Part shown: positions 59,212 to 60,099 of the stretch, piece by piece
How the letters are laid out: each line of letters begins with the position of its first letter
Numbering within the stretch: the first letter of the stretch is position 1
Virus record (IMG/VR): IMGVR_UViG_3300044631_002674
Location: 1 to 60,099 of that record
DNA from: a virus
Lineage: Duplodnaviria > Caudoviricetes
Strand: one strand, 5' to 3'
DNA length: 60,099 bases
Notes under the pieces: generated by a model
The model's input: only the letters and a program-made list of their open reading frames with translations
Told to the model about the DNA's origin: nothing
The model's database searches: none
Translations under genes and position numbers: made by a program

Positions 59212-60099
59212 ATGATCGAAAACTTTCAAAAATACCAGCAGCCAACACTCCCTGGCGTAAAGCTTCCTAAAATTATCATTGAGCAAAAATACTATGATCT
59301 TCTAGGTATCCCAAATACTTCTTCAAATTACCAATTTCTGCGCAAGCTATGCCACAAGGGAGTTTTGGAAAAAGAAATTGATAAAAAAGAAAACGCTCAA
59401 ATTTATTACGAGCGAGTTAAAACAGAACTTAGCCTATTTGAAGAGCTTGGGTTTATTGATTATGTTCTCTTGAATTGGGACATTTTGAAGTTCTGCCATG
59501 AGAACGGAATCCCAACTGGCCCTGGCCGTGGATCAGCGGCAGGTTCTCTAGTGCTGTATTTGATTGGCGTGACTAAAGTTGATCCGATTCAGCATGAATT
59601 ATATTTTGAACGATTTGTATCAAAGAGTCGAGCAAAAAAGATTGTTGTTGATGGAGAGACTTATTTGGACGGCTCGCTCCTTGCTGACGTTGATAATGAC
59701 ATTGCTTATGAACGCCGTCAAGAAGTAATCAAATTCATTGAAGAAAAATACTCTGGAAAAACATGTAAGATTCTCACTCTCAATACTTTGAGCAGCAAAC
59801 TATGCGTAAAAGAATGCGGAAAGCTTGTTGGAGAACTGCCAGAATCAGCAGTAAACGAAATTAGCGATTTGATTCCAAAAAAATTCGGAAAAGTTGCAAG
59901 CCTAAAGAACGCTTGTCAAGAAAATGACAAGTTTAAAGAATGGGCAAATGAAAACAAAAAAATCTTTGAAATTGCCTTGAAGCTTGAAGGATTGGTAAAA
60001 AATACTGGCGTTCATCCGTCAGGAATTGCAATCAGCCACTACGACTTGGAAGAGATTATGCCTCTTCAAACAACAGGTGAAGGAGATCTTGTTTCTGGT
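59212..60099 (+). CDS. dnaE: DNA polymerase III alpha catalytic core (runs off the window)
   Basis: GFIDYVLL.WD, GPGRGSAAGSLVLYLIGVTKVDP, FERF, ADVDND, GVHPSG. Confidence 0.92.
   Translation, partial: MIENFQKYQQPTLPGVKLPKIIIEQKYYDLLGIPNTSSNYQFLRKLCHKGVLEKEIDKKENAQIYYERVKTELSLFEELGFIDYVLLNWDILKFCHENGIPTGPGRGSAAGSLVLYLIGVTKVDPIQHELYFERFVSKSRAKKIVVDGETYLDGSLLADVDNDIAYERRQEVIKFIEEKYSGKTCKILTLNTLSSKLCVKECGKLVGELPESAVNEISDLIPKKFGKVASLKNACQENDKFKEWANENKKIFEIALKLEGLVKNTGVHPSGIAISHYDLEEIMPLQTTGEGDLVSG

Overview
A 60 kb, AT-rich, gene-dense fragment of a large tailed dsDNA bacteriophage (Caudoviricetes), standard genetic code. The left part (mostly minus strand) carries rIIA/rIIB, an atypical tRNA-like RNA and many small early/accessory genes: macrodomain, two YopX, prolyl-4-hydroxylase-type 2OG-Fe(II) oxygenase, phosphatases, ThyX, UvsE, a PVC-type ECF sigma factor, a T4 beta-glucosyltransferase-like protein and a sulfotransferase. 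A plus-strand lambda-like tail-tip module (L, K, I, J and a Pro/Thr/Ser-repeat protein) sits at 22.9-30.9 kb. Two glycan-modification clusters lie at 32.4-39.6 kb and 46.0-50.0 kb (GT4, GT9-like, GT2, KpsS/C-like, methyltransferases, sugar cupin, Gmd, SemiSWEET-like transporter). Nucleotide-metabolism genes (dNMP kinase, dUTPase, nrdB, nrdA) and a replication module follow: RecA, DnaB with a Met-initiated class-3-type intein, primase, Cas4-like nuclease, and a Pol III alpha split into PHP, exonuclease and core genes around an antisense LAGLIDADG-AP2 endonuclease. Two promoter classes sit only 4-11 nt upstream of start codons (sigma70 consensus and a GTGTAA motif), implying largely leaderless mRNAs. 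Product calls come from motif recognition by eye; no database search was run.
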